Shown: piece after piece, positions 45,701 to 48,700 of the stretch
Position numbering within the stretch: the first letter of the stretch is position 1
Layout of the letters: every line of letters starts with the position of its first letter
Source: PVC group bacterium
Lineage (GTDB): Bacteria; Omnitrophota; Gorgyraeia; B26-G9
Reading direction: 5' to 3'
DNA: 64,000 nt
Assembly: GCA_024231215.1 (NCBI GenBank)
Contig: JAAEQR010000072.1
Coordinates: forward strand, 257,210 to 321,209
Position numbers and translations under genes: made by a program
Notes under the pieces: model-generated
Told to the model about the DNA's origin: nothing
The model's input: the letters and a program-made list of their open reading frames with translations, nothing else
Databases searched by the model: none

Positions 45701-48700
45701 GTAAAAGGAGAAGATATTCAAATTCAAGGGAAGATAGAGGCTTATTTACAGCATTATGTGGTGCAGCTTAGACATATTTTGCATAAAAGAGATATTGCTA
45801 GCAAAGAAGGTAATCCAATGGATATGGATAAGCTGGATTCACAGTTTCAGAGGATTATAGCTGATTTAGGTATTCCTAATTTTGGAGATAACCCAGTAGC
45901 TTCTTCACAGGTAGTACCGTATATTGACCGGGAGCAAAGGCGGTATGTAATTAATTATTATGCTATTGCTTCCCGGGACATTGCTCAGGCGCGTCGAAAC
46001 TTGGCTAAGACTAGACAAGATTTTACTAAACAGAAAAAAATTCTTAAAGAAAAAGAAGCAACGGTACTTTCATCGCAAATGGCCCCAGAAAAAAAAGAAC
46101 AAATGCTGGCTGAGCAAAGATCAGTTGTTGTGAGTGCAGAGATAAAATTAGATCGAGAGAGAATAGAGTATGAAAAATTCAAGGAAAGATGGCGTTTAGA
46201 GGAAGCTAATAAGCTAGGAAAAGAACGGCAGGAACGTTTTGAAGAAAATTTTTTACCGCGGTTTGAACAATTTATAAAAGAAGAAAAACTAACTTCGATT
46301 GCTCCGGCAATTATGGAGCCGGCAATGTTCTTAGACCGTTTTGTTATGCTTTCTTTAACATCAATAATATCCGCTGTAACTTTTATCAGTTATACTGCTC
46401 CTTTAGTGGCTTTGAAAATTTCATTTTTAAATGCGTTTGGAGCATGGAGTCTACCGTTTTTAATTAGTATTGCTGGAGTTTTGGTTTTCAACACAGTGCG
46501 TGAATACCTGGCTCTTTTAAATCATGATCGGATTGACAATACGCCTCGGGGGAAGGTACTGAGCTACGCAACGGGTATTTTCTTATTAATAAGTGGGATA
46601 GTGATTGGTCAGATGATGCAGGTAACCTATTTAGATATGGCATTGATAAAGTGGCTTGGAGTATTTGTAATCATTGCTGAGAGTTTGAATTTGATAATGC
46701 CTCAGCTTTTTATGCCTGTTTATGCTTGGGTAAAAGACTCAGTTTTATTAATTTTTAAGGTTCCGTATGCTTTATTTCAGGCGATTTTTAATCCACAATA
46801 TTATATTAAAATATGGAAGGAAAATAAATTATTCAAAGAATTTTTCCCTACGGTTAATAAACTTAACCCAGCCGAGAGATCATCACATTCTTTACTAGGA
46901 ATAAGTGCGTATTATCATTTTAAACCTGGACTTGTGCTCGCAGATATGGCGATATTTGATAAGAAATCTTATGAGGGGCTTAGCAATAGCAAAAAGGCGG
47001 TTAAATTTGCAGCTAATTTGGTGCAAACAATTGGATCTATGCGGAATATATTTGTATATATTCTTTACTATGTCGCGATATTTTTTGTAGCTGCATATTT
47101 CGGGCAAGATCATAATATCTATGGCTGGTTTGTTACTCGTTTTGAAGCTGGTGAGATTCATAAAGTATTTTTTGGATTGACAAGCTATGTTATTTTATCA
47201 CAATATCTTGCTTCTTTTGCTATATTCATGTTTTTGACTGTAAAAATGTCAATAATCAAGAGTCTTGTGGAAGGGTTTAGATATAATGTCTGGTATCGTT
47301 TTACCAAATACACATTAACCGACGAAGTAAATGACAAAGTGGAAAATGCGAAGAAAGTGTTAAAGAATGACGGAGAGCCTAAATACTTCGCGATTATGAA
47401 TTTTGGAGGACAGTCAATGGTACCACCTTCTTTTAAGCTTGCTCGAAAGTGGAAAAATGTAGAGAAAGGCAAAAAGGCAGCAATACAGAATCTTTTAGAC
47501 CATATAGATATTCACTTGCAGGCAAAGACGCAGGGGTTAATGACACTATTAAAAACATACAATCTATTAGGTGATAGTCCAAGAAGGACAAAAGAATGCG
47601 TGTATGAAGTTTTAGATGCGTTAATCTCCCGAGAGATGGAGGAAAAAACTACACTTTTTGATCTAATCCAGTTAAATAATACTCAGTTACCGGAAGATTT
47701 GCAGGTCACGGCTAGTACAGACAAAAAGGATAAGCATTGCGCTGATAATGTGGCGATAGGATATTATTTGCGGCTCTATCTTACTGAGATGACCGGTGCT
47801 TCCGGAAATATGTCTTGTGCTGCGAATTTAGTTGCCAAGGCAATTAAAGTTAATGAACTGGGTCTATCTAAATATGCTCGCTTTATTATTTCACATAATA
47901 AATATAAATATGCTCCGGGGACTGATAATCCAACTAATCTTTTTGACCAGCATAGTGGTGAAGAGATTGTGGAAATAGCACAGAGAGACAAGTTGAAAAA
48001 ATTGATCTCTATTATTTCCGGAGGGGCATATGTTGCGGGTGAAAAGGAAGCTGGGGAAGTGCATTATACCTGGACTCATTTCGGGATGAAGTCAGCGGGT
48101 ATGAGCAGTATATTTCTCTCCAAGATAGTATCCGATACTAAATGGTTTTTTGTTGAAGACAGAGATGCTACAATTCCGGATACGGCTAGATGGTTATCTG
48201 ACGGAGCAACGATGATTGGCGATGAAAATATAGCGATAATGATTGCTAATCGCGATACCAGCTGGCATTATCATCCTACTTCCGAAGCTTCATTTTTAGT
48301 CGAACAGGGATTTTGTTCTACAGGAGCTAAAAAGACCTCTACTGGTTGGGGGAACCTTAAAAGGGAAACTTGGGGAGAAGCTCTAACGATGATATCATAT
48401 CCGGATTCTCCGGTTATGCCTTTAACCGGAAGAACGGGAAAGGTGCAGAAGCAGGAAGGAATAGGTTTTTGGAATAGGCTTTATAATAATCTATTTGGAT
48501 TGATTGGATTTATTCCCAATGCTATGGGGCAAAGCGAAGACCGCTGGGCAGCACACGAGACAGCTCATACCCAAATTGCGATGGGAGGTAATCCTAGGTA
48601 TGTTATGAGTAAGGGGATTTGGAATAAACTTCGAGAGACGAGTTTTGCTACACCTTGGACGCAAGCGCCGGTACGTTGGTCAGCTGGAAGACTTCAGGGA